A stretch of 64,000 nucleotides of DNA. It comes from Spirogloea muscicola. Taxonomy: Eukaryota. The stretch covers positions 417,116 through 481,115 of the forward strand of contig WELB01000007.1 in NCBI GenBank assembly GCA_009602725.1, read 5' to 3'. A program made the position numbers and the translations under genes. This document shows, piece by piece, positions 51,350-64,000 of this stretch. The number at the start of each line of letters is the position of its first letter. The first letter of the stretch is position 1. The notes beneath the pieces are model-generated. The model made no database searches. It was not told where the DNA came from and was given only the letters and a program-made list of their open reading frames with translations.

Positions 51350-53449
51350 ATGGCGACGTGGAGCCCCTACGACAACAACGGCGGGTGAGGGCTGCCGCAG
51401 GCTCTCGAGCTCCCAGCGTCCGCTGCAGGCCTGTCCCAGGAGCTGCAGCAGCAGTGTGACGACGGCGATGGCGTCACAGGCCCGTGCATGTCAGGACCGT
51501 CTGAGCGGACATGTCGGTGTAGAGGCCCTCTTTTGCGTCAGCTGTTCCCAGACGCTAATTACTGAGCCCTGCTCGAGGCTGCACCACCTCGCCCAAGCAA
51601 GAGCCTGAGGGTCTCGAGAGTGTCCCAGCTCATTTGTGCGCGCGCTGGCAGGACGTGTGTGGCCATCGCTGGCGCGGACTACGCCGTCGTCGCGGCTGAC
51701 ACGCGCATGTCCACGGGCTTCAGCATCCTCACCCGCTCCGACTCCAAAATTTACCAGCTGTAAGCGCTCCCACACCTGTGCGAGCGAGCCAGTCGTCGTA
51801 CAAATCAGATGCAGGACGCTCTGTACAGCATCTCAGTGCTATAGCTAGGATTGAAAGAAGGATGCCAGAATTTGGGATATCTAGACTTTAGGGATGAAGC
51901 TGCTGCACCGGGCCCTGGAACCCTGACCCACTTGCTCACCGGGCACCTAGGGCTTGACAATTAGCGCACTGGGCCGTCAGTGGAAAGGTCCATGCTAAGA
52001 ACCGTGTCCAGCGACGCGGCAATCACCACTGCAGGTCGGACAAGGCGATCCTTGCCACGGGGGGCTTCATGGCGGACCGGAGGACGCTGCAGAAGAACCT
52101 CAACGTGCGGCACCAGGTGAGAGCGAGTCGCCTGTCATGGACCGCCTGCTGAGTATCCTGGGCTGTTCGCTGCTGCCTCTGAGGTGGGCTCTGCACCAGC
52201 TTAAACAGGGGGTGGGGAGAAGCTCTCGACTCTGTCTCCTGCAACTTAAGCAGCAGCTTAAGTCAAAGTGCCAGCATCTATATGGTAGTAAGTCGAGGTG
52301 ATAGCATTCATAGCCTTGCTTCATCAACATGCAGCAAAGGATCCAGGCAGCTTGGTCACTCCACACACCGAGCACTTCACTGATTTGTCACGCAGAGGTC
52401 TGAAATATGCAGTTGTATCAGCATCAGCACAAGAAGCAGATGAGCTGCCCGGCCATGGCGCAGCTGCTTTCCAACACGCTGTACTACAAGCGCTTCTTTC
52501 CTTACTACACCTTCAACCTTCTTGCCGGCCTGGACAGCGAGGGTGAGTGAAATCTCCCTCAAGTCTAGGGACAGTCCTTTGCTGGGGCGCGCAGGCCCTT
52601 CAAAATCTCAAGGTCGCTATGACCAGCCAGCTGGGTGTAAAAACGAAATTTGCGGCTCAGCGACCCAAATTGACGGCTTTGCAACTTATTATATCACAAA
52701 TGCGCCAGAGAAGGGGCTCAAATATTAATGGCAGCAAGACTGCTTGGCTGGTCCCTCCAGGCAAGGGCTGTGTGTACACGTACGATGCGATCGGATCATA
52801 TGAGCGATCAGGATACAGCTGCCAGGGGACTGGCCAACAGCTCATCATGCCCGTGCTTGATAACCAGCTCAAAGCAGAAAGCCCCTTGCTTGTACCGGCC
52901 AAGGTTGTGAGAGTCTCTGCACCCGCCAAATGGCGCTGCTTCATAAATGCAACTGCTAGTAGAGCAGTTTGAATAAGACAATGGCAGGAAGTTGTTTCCC
53001 CCTGGTAGATTGCAGGGATATGCAGGCGCACTGATTAGTAGCACCAATACAATGTCGACATAAGTGGCAGCCTCCTGGGACTGACATGTACAAGAAGTCG
53101 TGGTTGTTTTTGTTTGTTGTGCCATGTTCAGATGTCAGTGACACCGCTGACTGAGGACGAGGCTGTGGACCTCGTTAAAGACACGTTCGCATCTGCTGGC
53201 GAACGGGACATCTACACGGCAAGCTCCAAGAGCCCATCTGCAGCTTGTGCCTGTCGCAGTAGCTTGTCCTTGGCCAGAATCTTCTAGAGCATATTACTGT
53301 GAAAACTAGCAAGTACTTTATTGAGCAGACAGCTGGGGGGTGGTCGTTCTGAATCGCCGATGTGATTGTTGCAGGGTGATGGTGTGGAGATTGTGATAAT
53401 TAATAAGTCGGGCGTGCGTCACGATTATGTTCCCCTTAAGAAGGACTAA
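51350..53449 (+). CDS. PBF1: 20S proteasome subunit beta type-1 (beta-6)
   Basis: [69 protein letters not shown]; the last intron is GC-AG. Confidence 0.95.
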
Positions 53450-53814
53450 GCACTGTGCCATGCCTTGATTGATCTGGTGTTCAAATTGCTCCTCCACGTC
53501 GCCTTTGTTGTGACGCATGCACTTGACCAATTAAACAGTTCATGCGCCACGAAGTCATTTGCTCCTCGACCACAAAAGGCTTGCAAAGGCTCAGCAGCTC
53601 GCCTTGCTATGACTGTCATGACTTCGATCCACTTGACGCGTGAACCGTGGACCGAGCGCAGCACTCTTTGAGGAGGTGATTAAGAGGCGAGGCTCTTAGC
53701 ACCGCCCGTGCTCGACTCAGGCTGCCTGGTTCACTGACGGCCTACAACTACTTGCAAGTGGATGAATTGAGGTCAAGCCGAAGTCAAAGAACCCCAAACC
53801 AAGCAAGTATAAAA

Positions 53815-54929
53815 GAAAATGGCTCTTTCAAATGGGGTGAGGGCTGTGAACAGCCAGCCCGAGAAGGATTTTCACAAGGTCTTAGGGCCGGAAGCGGTGA
53901 GGGATATCACTAAGCAAAGGACCATGTCAGATATCACTCAATGACCTCTACTTAGTCGCCGCAAGTCAGAAAGACTGGCCGCCGGGAAGCAAGAGTAAAA
54001 GCCAGAGGCTGCAGCTAGAGCGCAGCCAGCTCGCAGATGCAGAGCGTGGGCCATTTAGTGGTGAACCTCGTTGCGGATATTGCAAAGACTTGCAAGCACA
54101 GGCTTGAGGAAGCTCGCGGCTTGAGCAGAAGAAAGGGCTCGCCCATTGAGGATATGGGCTGGAAAAGCCAGCCCAAAAAGAGGGAACAAAGTACGAGAAG
54201 GGGGCCAGGGGAAGCGCTAAGGAAAACAAGCACAACAAGAGACAAAGCAGTTACGTATCACTCAGTAACCTCTGCTAAGCAGGCTCAGCTCTCGTCACGC
54301 CATTGCCCGCCGCTTCCATGGGGAGCCGGTGGACTCCCATGCAGCAGGGTCGCTAGCGCTGGTGTACCGCATGCGCTTGGCCGTCTCGCTGCAGAGGTCT
54401 ATGGCCCGCGCGCTGCACCTGCGTGCAGGCAGAGCCCTCGCTGCTGCCTCTGGCTCTGGCCAGGGGACCCGCTGCCAGGAACCCAGTTCTCTGACCTGAG
54501 GCTGCTTAGCAGGGGTTACTGAGTGCTTCGTAGCTGCTTCGCTTCTTTTCTGTGCTTGTTGTTCTTCGTACTTCCCCTGGCCCCTTCTCGTCCTTTGTAC
54601 GTTCTTTTCTGGGCTGGCTTTTTCCAGCCCCCATCCTCAATGGGCGAGCCCTTCTCTCACCACTGATGTGGTCACCACTGATGTGGTCGACCGCTCCAAC
54701 CCGGGGCTTTCTGCCTCGCGGGCTGGCCACGCTGCGGCAAAGGCCGCTCGCAGCAAGGCGGCCAAACACGCCGACCACCCGGCTGCCGACGAGTTCGTCC
54801 CCCTGGCTGTGGACGTGCATGGGGCTCTCGGATCCCACTGGCTCGACCTGTTGGCCAGGCTTGCACGGCGCGCTGTGTCCCGCAGGCGCGGTGAGCCGGC
54901 TGACTTCAACGCCGCTGGCTCGTGGGCTC
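53815..54929. mobile_element. Nest of CRE-like copies (- 54128-54288; + 54286-54655; + 54656 to gap)
   Basis: DVVTTDVVD..AARSKAAKHADHPAADEFVPLAVDVHGA; complete 3'UTRs with hairpin. Confidence 0.85.
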
Positions 54930-56083
54930 NNNNNNNNNNNNNNNNNNNNNNNNNNNNNNNNNNNNNNNNNNNNNNNNNNNNNNNNNNNNNNNNNNNNNNN
55001 NNNNNNNNNNNNNNNNNNNNNNNNNNNNNNNNNNNNNNNNNNNNNNNNNNNNNNNNNNNNNNNNNNNNNNNNNNNNNNNNNNNNNNNNNNNNNNNNNNNN
55101 NNNNNNNNNNNNNNNNNNNNNNNNNNNNNNNNNNNNNNNNNNNNNNNNNNNNNNNNNNNNNNNNNNNNNNNNNNNNNNNNNNNNNNNNNNNNNNNNNNNN
55201 NNNNNNNNNNNNNNNNNNNNNNNNNNNNNNNNNNNNNNNNNNNNNNNNNNNNNNNNNNNNNNNNNNNNNNNNNNNNNNNNNNNNNNNNNNNNNNNNNNNN
55301 NNNNNNNNNNNNNNNNNNNNNNNNNNNNNNNNNNNNNNNNNNNNNNNNNNNNNNNNNNNNNNNNNNNNNNNNNNNNNNNNNNNNNNNNNNNNNNNNNNNN
55401 NNNNNNNNNNNNNNNNNNNNNNNNNNNNNNNNNNNNNNNNNNNNNNNNNNNNNNNNNNNNNNNNNNNNNNNNNNNNNNNNNNNNNNNNNNNNNNNNNNNN
55501 NNNNNNNNNNNNNNNNNNNNNNGGCCGCGCGGGCCCTCGGCTGCGGGCCGCACTTGCGGCGGCGGCCCCCCGACGGAGGAATGAGGCGCCTCGCGAGGGC
55601 GGCTGCGCGCCGTGGCCTGGCCAAACGTGAGCTCCGTCGCGCCGTGGACATGTAGCGGCGAGGTCGCCGGCCGGCCGTGCGGCGCTGCCATGAGATTGCC
55701 GCCGCCGCCGCCGCCGCCGCCGCCGGGCTTTCTGCCGTCGAGGCCAGGCGGGGCCTGGCACTGCGGCTCGCTGAATTCGTAAATTTAGCGCAGGGACCAT
55801 TGCCAGGGTGGTCATGGCCAGTCTGATGGCCGCCATGGTCGCCGCCGCGAGTGAGCGCAGCTCTCACAACCGCGCGCTTGTCGTCGAGCGTGGCAGTGAA
55901 GCGGCATTTCTCCGGCGACGGCGCGGAGGCCGCGGCGGGATCATCCAGCGGTCAGCACCTTCCTCCAGGCCTCAGCTGCAAGGCCATATCGTCGCTGCCT
56001 GCGGGCCCCGCGAGCTGGCAGCGGCCTCCACTGCAGCAGCGGGCATGATGGATGCTGCGCTGTCGCCTGTACCGGCGATGCAG

Positions 56084-59000
56084 ACGAATTGGAGCTGCCT
56101 TCACCAGTGGTGGCCGGCTTCATCTCGGCAACGCAGTACTGGCAGAGTCGCCAGCCCGCGGCCGCTGGCAGCGACGAGGACCGTCGGCGCGCCGAGCGTG
56201 ACGCTGAAGACGGCGACGACGGGAGCGGCAGCGAGTACAAGGCCTCGACGACCGACGGCTCTGCAAGCGAGGAGGAGGAGGAGGAGGAGGAGCGGCGTGG
56301 CGTTAAGAGGAGCCTCGCTGAGGCATGCACCTCGGATAGCGGCAGCGGTGATGACATAGAGGACCGGCCGCTCTCGCTGCGGAGGAAGCGGATCCGGCAG
56401 CGGAAGGGGGGCGCGCCCAAGACTCCGTCGTCGGAAGCGGTAGCGGAGGACACGGAAGTGGAGGATGAGGAGGATGATGCGGAAGAGGATGATGAGAGAG
56501 AGGAGGCCGAGGGCGGCAAGGGCAAGCGCAAGCAGCGTGGCATTGAGCGGAAGAAGCTGCCGCGGCGCGCTGCGCCCGCGGCGCTCTTCAAACGCAGCCG
56601 CGAGGACGAGGCGCGCCTGCAGGGGTTCGCTGGCCCCGAGGACATGGAGGCCTGGGAGCGCAGGGTTGGTCATGGGGGGGAGGACGACAACGCTGAGGAG
56701 GCTGCTGTCAACCCCGACGCCCTCGTGCAGCGGAAAGAGCCCCTTCCCAAGCGCGAGCCGCCTCCGGAGCTGCTCATGCCGCTGCTGCCATTCCAGAAAG
56801 AGTGGCTCGCCTGGAGTCTCCGGCAGGAGGACACGCCGATCAAGGTGAGCTGTTGTGAGCAGTCTTTGGCAGACTGCCACCTGTCAATCAGCACACTGGG
56901 GCGAGATGCACTAAGCATCTATCAAATACTTACGGAACTTGCTCATGATGCTTTTCGTCACTGCATACTTCAGGAGCCTGCAACTGTTCCCATTGAAGAA
57001 TCTGTTTGCTCAAGCTAATCTGTCGTGAGATGACAAATAGTTGCTGCCACTTGGAACACAACCCCTCAGTGGTCTGACGTCAACGTCTGCTGCCGTGCTT
57101 GCTCTGCTGCCTGGCTGTCGCAGGGTGGAATCCTGGCGGACGAGATGGGCATGGGCAAGACGATTCAGGTGCGTCTTTCGCAGCCGCCGCGCTGCTGCCA
57201 CAGCCTGCGCTGGCTCTGCAAAGGCAAGCCTGACGTGGTCGCCGTTGATGGCAGGCCGAGCCCCTGCTTGGAAGCTGGCCCTCCCTGACATCCACCGCTG
57301 CGGCTTGGCTCTTGGCAGGCCATCTCGCTGATCGCGGCGGGCCGTCATGTTTCGAGGCCTGCCGGCCACGCCCTGTGCAGCCTCTGGCCAGGTGTCGCGC
57401 CGCTGCCGCCTGAGCCGCCGGGCGGGCCACAGTCGTCAGCCCGGGCTGCAGCCCGGCGGATGTCTGCTTCCGACATCAACCGCGTGTCAGCTGGCGCACT
57501 GCTCGCAGCGGAGCTGGGCGTGGCAGTTTCTGCAACACAAGCCAAATCCCCAGCGCCGCCCCCCGCTCCAGAGGTCCAGCTGCCGCAGGTGAAGGCAACG
57601 CTGGTGGTCTGCCCGCTGGTGGCCGTCATCCAGTGGCGGCAGGAAGTGGCGCGCTTCACAGCGCCGGGTAGCATGCGTGTGCTCGTGTATCACGGCCCCA
57701 AGCGCGCCATCTCAGCGGAGGAGCTGGCAGCCTACGACGTCGTGCTGACGACGTATGCGATCGTGGAGGCGGAGTACCGCCGGCACGTGAAGCCCGACAA
57801 GGAGGCCTGCCGGTGGTGCGCCCGGCGGTACTACCCGGACCGCCTGAGGTTGCACCTCAAGTACTTCTGCGGGCCCGGCGCCAAGCGCAGCGACCGGCAG
57901 GCCAAGACGCAGAAGAAGCGGCCCGCCAAGTTCTTGGCCGCGCTGGCGTTTGGCAAGGCCGGGACGTCAGCGGCGCGGGGCGCCATGGAGGATGGCGCCG
58001 AGGAGGAGGAGGACGGCAGTGACAGCAATTCCGAGGTGGGCGGCGGGGAGCACCAAAAGCAGGGCAAAGGCAAGGCGCTGGTGACGGCGCGCAAGGGGCA
58101 CGGCAGCAGCCGTGGCGGCGGCGGGCGAGGCAGGGGCAGGGGCCGGGGCCGCAAAGGGTGGGGCGGCCGTGAAGGGAGCCGCATCAGCGTAGGTGACCTG
58201 CGCGCCGCTGTGGAGGTCGCGGTGGTGGAGGCTGAGCTGGACGCGGAGCTGGCGGCCGCGCCGTTGTCGACTTTGCCCGGCGCCGCCCGGCCCGCTTCCA
58301 TGCTGCACGCATACCGCTGGGCCAGGATTGTCCTTGACGAGGTACAGCTGGCACACCCGGTCACCGCATCTCATCCCTTGAATGACAAATTGTTACTCAA
58401 GGCACTTTTTCACCTATTTGTCACGCAGTTGCTCGTTGCATGACATGGTGGTGGCAGCACGTCAATGTGTTCACAAGTGCTTGCTGGGCAGCGTCAGTAT
58501 TTGTGCGTCAAGACAAGATCCTGGCTGAGCCCCTTGTTTGTGCCTGCCCGCCTGTGCACGCCAGGCGCACTCGATCAAGGACCGCCGCTGCAGCACGGCC
58601 AAGGCGGTCTTTGCGCTCCAATCCGAATTCAAATGGGCGCTCAGCGGAACGCCACTGCAGAACCGCGTTGGCGAGCTGTACTCGCTTGTGCGCTTCTTGC
58701 AGATCGAGCCCTACTCTTACTACTTCTGCCGCAAATGCGACTGCAAGTCGCTTGACTACAGGTGCCTCTCTCCACAGCAGCTCGTGTCTGCTCCCTCCAT
58801 GCAGCTTGCGCAGCCTGACTTCCTCAGTAGCAGATACAATGATGGTCTAGCTCATGGCTGCTTGCAAATCTACAAGGCTGATTAGGAGCCTCAATTGTGC
58901 TATAGAAATAAGTGCTGGTGACCAGTTTTACAAAATGCATAGTCGTGTCTGCTGGCTGCTGCAGCTTTGGCAAGGATTGGCGTAAATGCGACCACTGCGG

Positions 59001-61944
59001 GCATGGACCATTGCACCATTTTTGCTGGTGGAACAAATACGTGGCAAACCCGATCAAGAAGTGGGGCTACGTTGCAGACGGCCGGCGCGCCATGATGCTG
59101 CTCAAACACCGCGTGCTTGACCAGACGCTACTGCGGCGCACCAAGGTGGAGCGTGCAGCGGATCTTACGCTGCCGCCGCGCACCACTGTCCTGCGCAAGG
59201 ACGCCTTCGATGCCAAGGAGGAGGATTTTTACCAGGCGCTGTATACGCAAAGCCAGTCCCAGTTTGCCACGTACGTCGACTCGGGCACTGTTCTGAACAA
59301 CTATGCTCACATCTTCGACCTCCTCATCCGCCTCCGCCAGGTGTAACTCGCTGCCCTTGTGCAACCTTACATCAAATGCTGTGGTAGTGATCTTTGCAGT
59401 TTTGTGTGGTATGCTGACATTTGTGCCATCGTTACACTGTGGTAGGCTGTGGACCACCCCTACCTCGTTGTGCACAGTGCGAGCGGGTCCCAGGGCGTTG
59501 CGCAGACGTCCCAGGTGCTTGTCCTGGAGCCCCAGCGGGCGGCCTCAGCGGGCATCTGCGGCATCTGTCACGACCCTGTGGAAGACTCAGTTGTACGTGC
59601 TGTGGCATAATCAGAATGATTCATACATGATCCTTACCAGTGTCACCGTTGGTTTTATGATAGCTTCCAGACAGGCCTGACATGCAGGACAACGTTCAGC
59701 CCGGTTGCCTTGTGATGTCCTAGTGTACTTATCCTTGCTCGCATCTCAGTATCAGGCGGATGGCTTGTGCAGGTCACGGCATGCGACCACCCGTTTTGTC
59801 GTACCTGCCTGCAAGAGTATGTCTCAGCAGCAGGCGGCAGCGCAGTGACCACCGAAGCCGCCACAGGGCTGCCTGCAGTGCTTGCAGCGCCGCAATGCCC
59901 CACTTGCCAGAAGCCTCTGACGGTGGACTTGGCGAGCCCCTCTGGGGCATCCGCAGAGTACTCTAACTCCCCAGCCAAGGCAGGTGGCAGCTACGGGCGA
60001 CGAGCAAAGAGCATACTTGCCCGCATTGACTTGAGCAAGTACCAGAGCAGCACCAAGATCGAAGCGCTTGTACGTGATTTTGAAGGCATACCTACCAATG
60101 TCCCTTGAAGTTCAGGGTTTATGACATACTTCACTAGTGTCCTCATTATAGGGCATGTTGCTCAGCTGGAGAAGCAGAGGTCTTGTGCACTTGACTTCTC
60201 ATGCTGAAAGAGCATGGGGCGCGTGTGCAGAGGGAGGAGATTTTTTCCTCCCTCTGCAGTGATGATGGAGAAGGATCCCTCAGCCAAGTGCTTAGTCTTC
60301 AGCCAGTTCACGTCCATGCTTGAGCTCATCTCTTTCCGACTTAAGCAGGTGCTTTAGGAACCTCGACTTTTGCTGGCACTCCTTGCAGTCTCACCTTGCC
60401 CTGACGGATCATGAAAGTATTGTGATCCTTGCTGTTGCCTCAATGCTATGGAACAAAATGATGGTGCAGCTCTGTGCAAGCTTTGCTTTATCTCTGTGTT
60501 TGTGACCTTGTGAGCTCACGTTGTGTGATCGCCATTCAATTCAGTTCAGTGAAGTGTGTGCTCACCTATTATTTGCTTATGGAGCTGTTTGGTCTGGACC
60601 AGGTCGGCATAGTCTGTGTGAAGCTGGATGGAAGCATGACCATGGAGGCCAGGGACCGCATGATCAAGGCCTTCACAGATGATCCAGATTGCAAGGTGCG
60701 TAGCGTGAGTTGCTCTAATTTTTGCTGGGACGGTGGTGCAAGTTACATTAGTATGTGGTAAGCGTGGGATGAGATCTGCGAGTGACCATGTCATGACATG
60801 AGATTTGTGCCAGTGAGTGGTCTTACAAGCTGAAGGGGGGGTGCCAGGAGAGGGTTGAATGTGCCCTCGCAGCACAATGTTCCAGTATCTCACTGGGCAT
60901 CAGAAAATCTGGCAGGTGTTCTTGATGAGCCTGAAGGCAGGTGGAGTTGCGCTCAACCTCACCGTAGCATCGCAGGTCAGTCTCAGGCCTTGGCTCAATG
61001 ACAACGACCCCCTCTAGGAGCACATTTGAGCCTCTAGTTATGCTTTAGACGCATTCTTGGTCAACAGTATGCAAAGGCTTGCCTGTCAATCTTCATGTCC
61101 CCGGTTGTTAGGCCGTGAAGCAGGTCCGTTGTAGACCCTGTATTTAGAAGCGAGACCTACTATTTCTGAAAGCAATGGCTTTCTGAGCAGGTGTTTCTGA
61201 TGGACCCGTGGTGGAACCCTGCTGTTGAGCAGCAAGCTCAGGACCGCATACACCGATTGGGACAATACAAGCCAATTGTGTAAGCCACTACGGCCAGCGT
61301 GGATCACGTCTTAACCAAACCTCACACCCAGCAATCCTGTCACGTTCTTGCTTGACTTGAAGAGAACTGTTGAGATTGTTAGCTTCTTCAAGGCATGTCT
61401 TGTGTGGTCAGTTGAGCAAATCAGGCTGAGGTCGCTGTATGCACTTATTTATGTTAAGAGGCAAAGTATAAGCACTTCTCGAAATGCATCTCATGGTGCC
61501 CAATTCGAGGACGTTGTCTGGACAAACTCATTAATGTGGAAGCTAAGTTTAGAAGATTTTGTTTGGCGATGATGCCGAAAATCTCTGCAGGGTGACTCGC
61601 TTTGTGATTGAGAACACCATCGAGGAGCGTATACTGAAGTTGCAGGAGAAGAAGCAGCTCGTTTTTGAAGGGTAAGCTTTCAGGCCCTCGCATGACAAAG
61701 CTGCTGGTGCTGAGCTCCTGCTGGGGCACTCAAGCTACCTCAGTGTTCTTCTGCTGCGGTCCTTGGTTTTCACTTGGTGCAAGTCCTGTTTGTGTCTCAT
61801 GGACCGTGGTCCGAAGCTCTGGTCAGTGACCGTGGCTCAGCTACGTCAGGAACTTGTGGGTTGGCACGCAGGACTGTTGGTGGCTCGGCGGAAGCCCTGG
61901 GCAGGTTGACTGAAGATGACATGCGATTTCTCTTCTCAAACTGA
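56084..61944 (+). CDS. RAD16: RAD16-like SNF2 helicase with RING finger (first exon uncertain; apparent frameshift at 60243-60255)
   Basis: [129 protein letters not shown]. Confidence 0.92.
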
Positions 61945-62779
61945 GGAGGTGTTGACTGTGGTTGAGGTTGTTGTCATCTCTTTTTGCCACAAGGTAGTAG
62001 ATTGGAGGGCATTCTGATCAGCTAGATTAGTCAATGAGACAAGGTAATATCAGGGGCTTTAAAACTACAGTACTCTGTGGCCACAGGATATGACACTGCT
62101 GCAGGCGCTTTGATTGTCGAGCAAGCAGTCATACCCCCCCTGTCACATTCATTATTTGTAACAAATCGACTGAGACATTTGTACAAAAATGTACAAAATA
62201 AGACATTTCTATGCATTAATTGGTTTTGAGAGAGGGCACAGTCAGTCAGCGACCCGGTCAGGCGGCATTCGCATGGCCTTCTTCACAGCATGCTGTTGAT
62301 CTTGTCTTGGCGAGTCAAGGTCTAGATCAGACAGTAACCAGTCTGATCGTTGACATCATCAGGGCCAGCCTCACTCGACTTGTCAGGTGCATAAGCTGTC
62401 CACAGTGTGAAAGAGGAGCATTGTCAAAGCCCCCTCTGCTTCATATGCTGAGCTTCACCAAGCAAGCTTGGCAGATGTTTGCAAGGCAGGCTCCATCAGG
62501 AGCACGTGATGACAGGGGCGCTAAGAGGGCTCCTCTGTGTACAATGGCCAGACGAGCAATGATCACAGTGACAAAGATGAATCCTGATGATTATCGAGCC
62601 CAGATGCAGAGGACTGCTGCAAACGCCTTGTACCAGACGCCTTGTGCCATAGCCTTCAATGCAGGGCGCTTGCCAATTTCAGTTGATATCATGTCTTGAT
62701 CAACGATGGGCTGTTAAATTGCGCCCTCAAATAGGCAGTTGGTGACTATAGAGCCTTACCATTGACGTTGTGGTCATGA

Positions 62780-63990
62780 GGAAATGCAATCCTTATGGGG
62801 AGCGGCTGTGAATGGCCAACTCTTTTCCAAAAGGGAACGACTTGGTCCTCATAGGGGGGTCAGACGAAGGGCACGAGAGTTGGACGGAGTTGGATGAGAT
62901 AAGCACAGCTCATGCGAGGATCTTGTGATTTCAGCCAACCAGAAGGGTGTAAGAGGGGGCGATGGTTGTGAATGACCAAATGAAGAGTGAACAAGGTCTG
63001 AAGAGGCGGGACAGAGCTAGACTGCGCAGCAAGTGGCTACTACGTTGGGTGATCAAAGTCCCAAGTGGACCCCGGCTGAGAGTGAAGTGCCAGCAAGGAG
63101 GTAAGCCCGTGAGGTCAGACTGTAGGGATTAGGCTGCAGCGATGGATTGGCAAGCAGGCCGAGAGCAGAGGCAAGCGTGGCGAGAAGGCGTTGGGGGAGG
63201 AATTGGATCCTCATGAGGAGAAGATGCAGTCTTGCTAAGGGGCTTGGGCTGTGGAAAGCCAGCCCACAAGCCAACGAACAAGGGATAGAAAAGGGGCGAT
63301 GTTCCAAGAGGGGGCGATGAGTCAAAGAGAAGGCGCGCGGTGCGCATATGTTGAGAGGGGAGGCCAAACTAAGCCAATGCACAGCTCAGGCAGAAGCTAG
63401 TGCACAGCATGGGGCTACACAAAGCGGAGCCCTATGCTAAGGGGGGTAAAGGTAACTCGGTGCAAACACCGGCTAAGGGGGCTCTCAGTATTTCTTTATG
63501 AGAGACCATGAAGATCCGACAGACTAAGTCTGGGAGCCGGAGCACCGCCGCGGAAGCCAGCGGCCTGGACCGTGCGCACTAAGCACAAAGATGATCAATA
63601 GCCTGGAGATGGACCGTGTATTCAGTGATGGAGGGCCTGGGTTGCCAAAGTCAAGCACATCAACAGATGTAAATCACCTGCTGCTAAGCTGAGCCGCTCG
63701 GTGACCACGACTTTGCACGTCGAAGTGGCTAACTGATGCCCGAATACCGGACGGCAAATGACAAGCCCTTCTGCCACCAGCTAAAGCTCGACCAGCTTTC
63801 TGGTCCTGGGAGCGGAGCGCCGCCTGGTCGCTTGCTCGCCCATACAGGTGGCGCCTTGCCATCTCCCTGCAGCTTTCCTTGGCGTCTGCCGTGCACTTGT
63901 GGGCAGGCCGCGCCTTGGCTGCTGCTCCGCGTTTCAGCGGGATACGCTTTTCAGCCCTCTATTTATTCTAATCTGCACTTGCTGACATCG
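62780..63990. mobile_element. Nest of CRE-like fragments from several subfamilies
   Basis: Hairpin ends (-), GCGCACCGCGCGCC-end copy 63325-63577 (-), QKAGRALAGG copy up to 63793 (-), RLAISLQLSLASAVHLWAGRAL copy from ~63795 (+). Confidence 0.75.
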
Positions 63991-64000
63991 AGCGCCCCCT

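Noticed and set aside
54657..54690. TCACCACTGATGTGG duplication as a TSD
   Set aside because: Explained by the element's own DVVTTDVVD coding sequence; no insert lies between the copies

Overview
Eukaryotic nuclear DNA: GC-rich, with spliceosomal introns, plant-type TTTAGGG telo-boxes and four assembly gaps. The gene set (RNC1, plant-type eIF2B-delta, RAD16, NYN-C2H2 protein, PBF1) points to a streptophyte, probably an alga (inference). Genes assembled by hand from splice signals: ArfGAP (5' part), RNC1, a 412-aa secreted protein of a bacterial-looking unknown family, an ~807-aa secreted Cys-rich EGF-like-repeat/extensin chimera, eIF2B-delta, a small single-pass membrane protein, a pheophytinase-like alpha/beta hydrolase, an NYN + C2H2 zinc-finger protein, a MAPEG protein, mitochondrial ferredoxin, proteasome beta-6 and a RAD16-like SNF2/RING helicase. 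The intergenic spaces hold roughly 30 5'-truncated pieces of RLE-type (CRE-like) non-LTR retrotransposons from several subfamilies. Most share a 3' GGGCTG..CAGCCC stem-loop and a (CTT)n tail, and all five readable target-site duplications begin at a CTT. Also present are a solo LTR carrying two nested insertions, a candidate MITE, an auxilin-like fragment inside eIF2B-delta at an assembly N, and a fold-back 13-nt insertion that frameshifts RAD16. Family assignments come from recalled motifs, not database searches.
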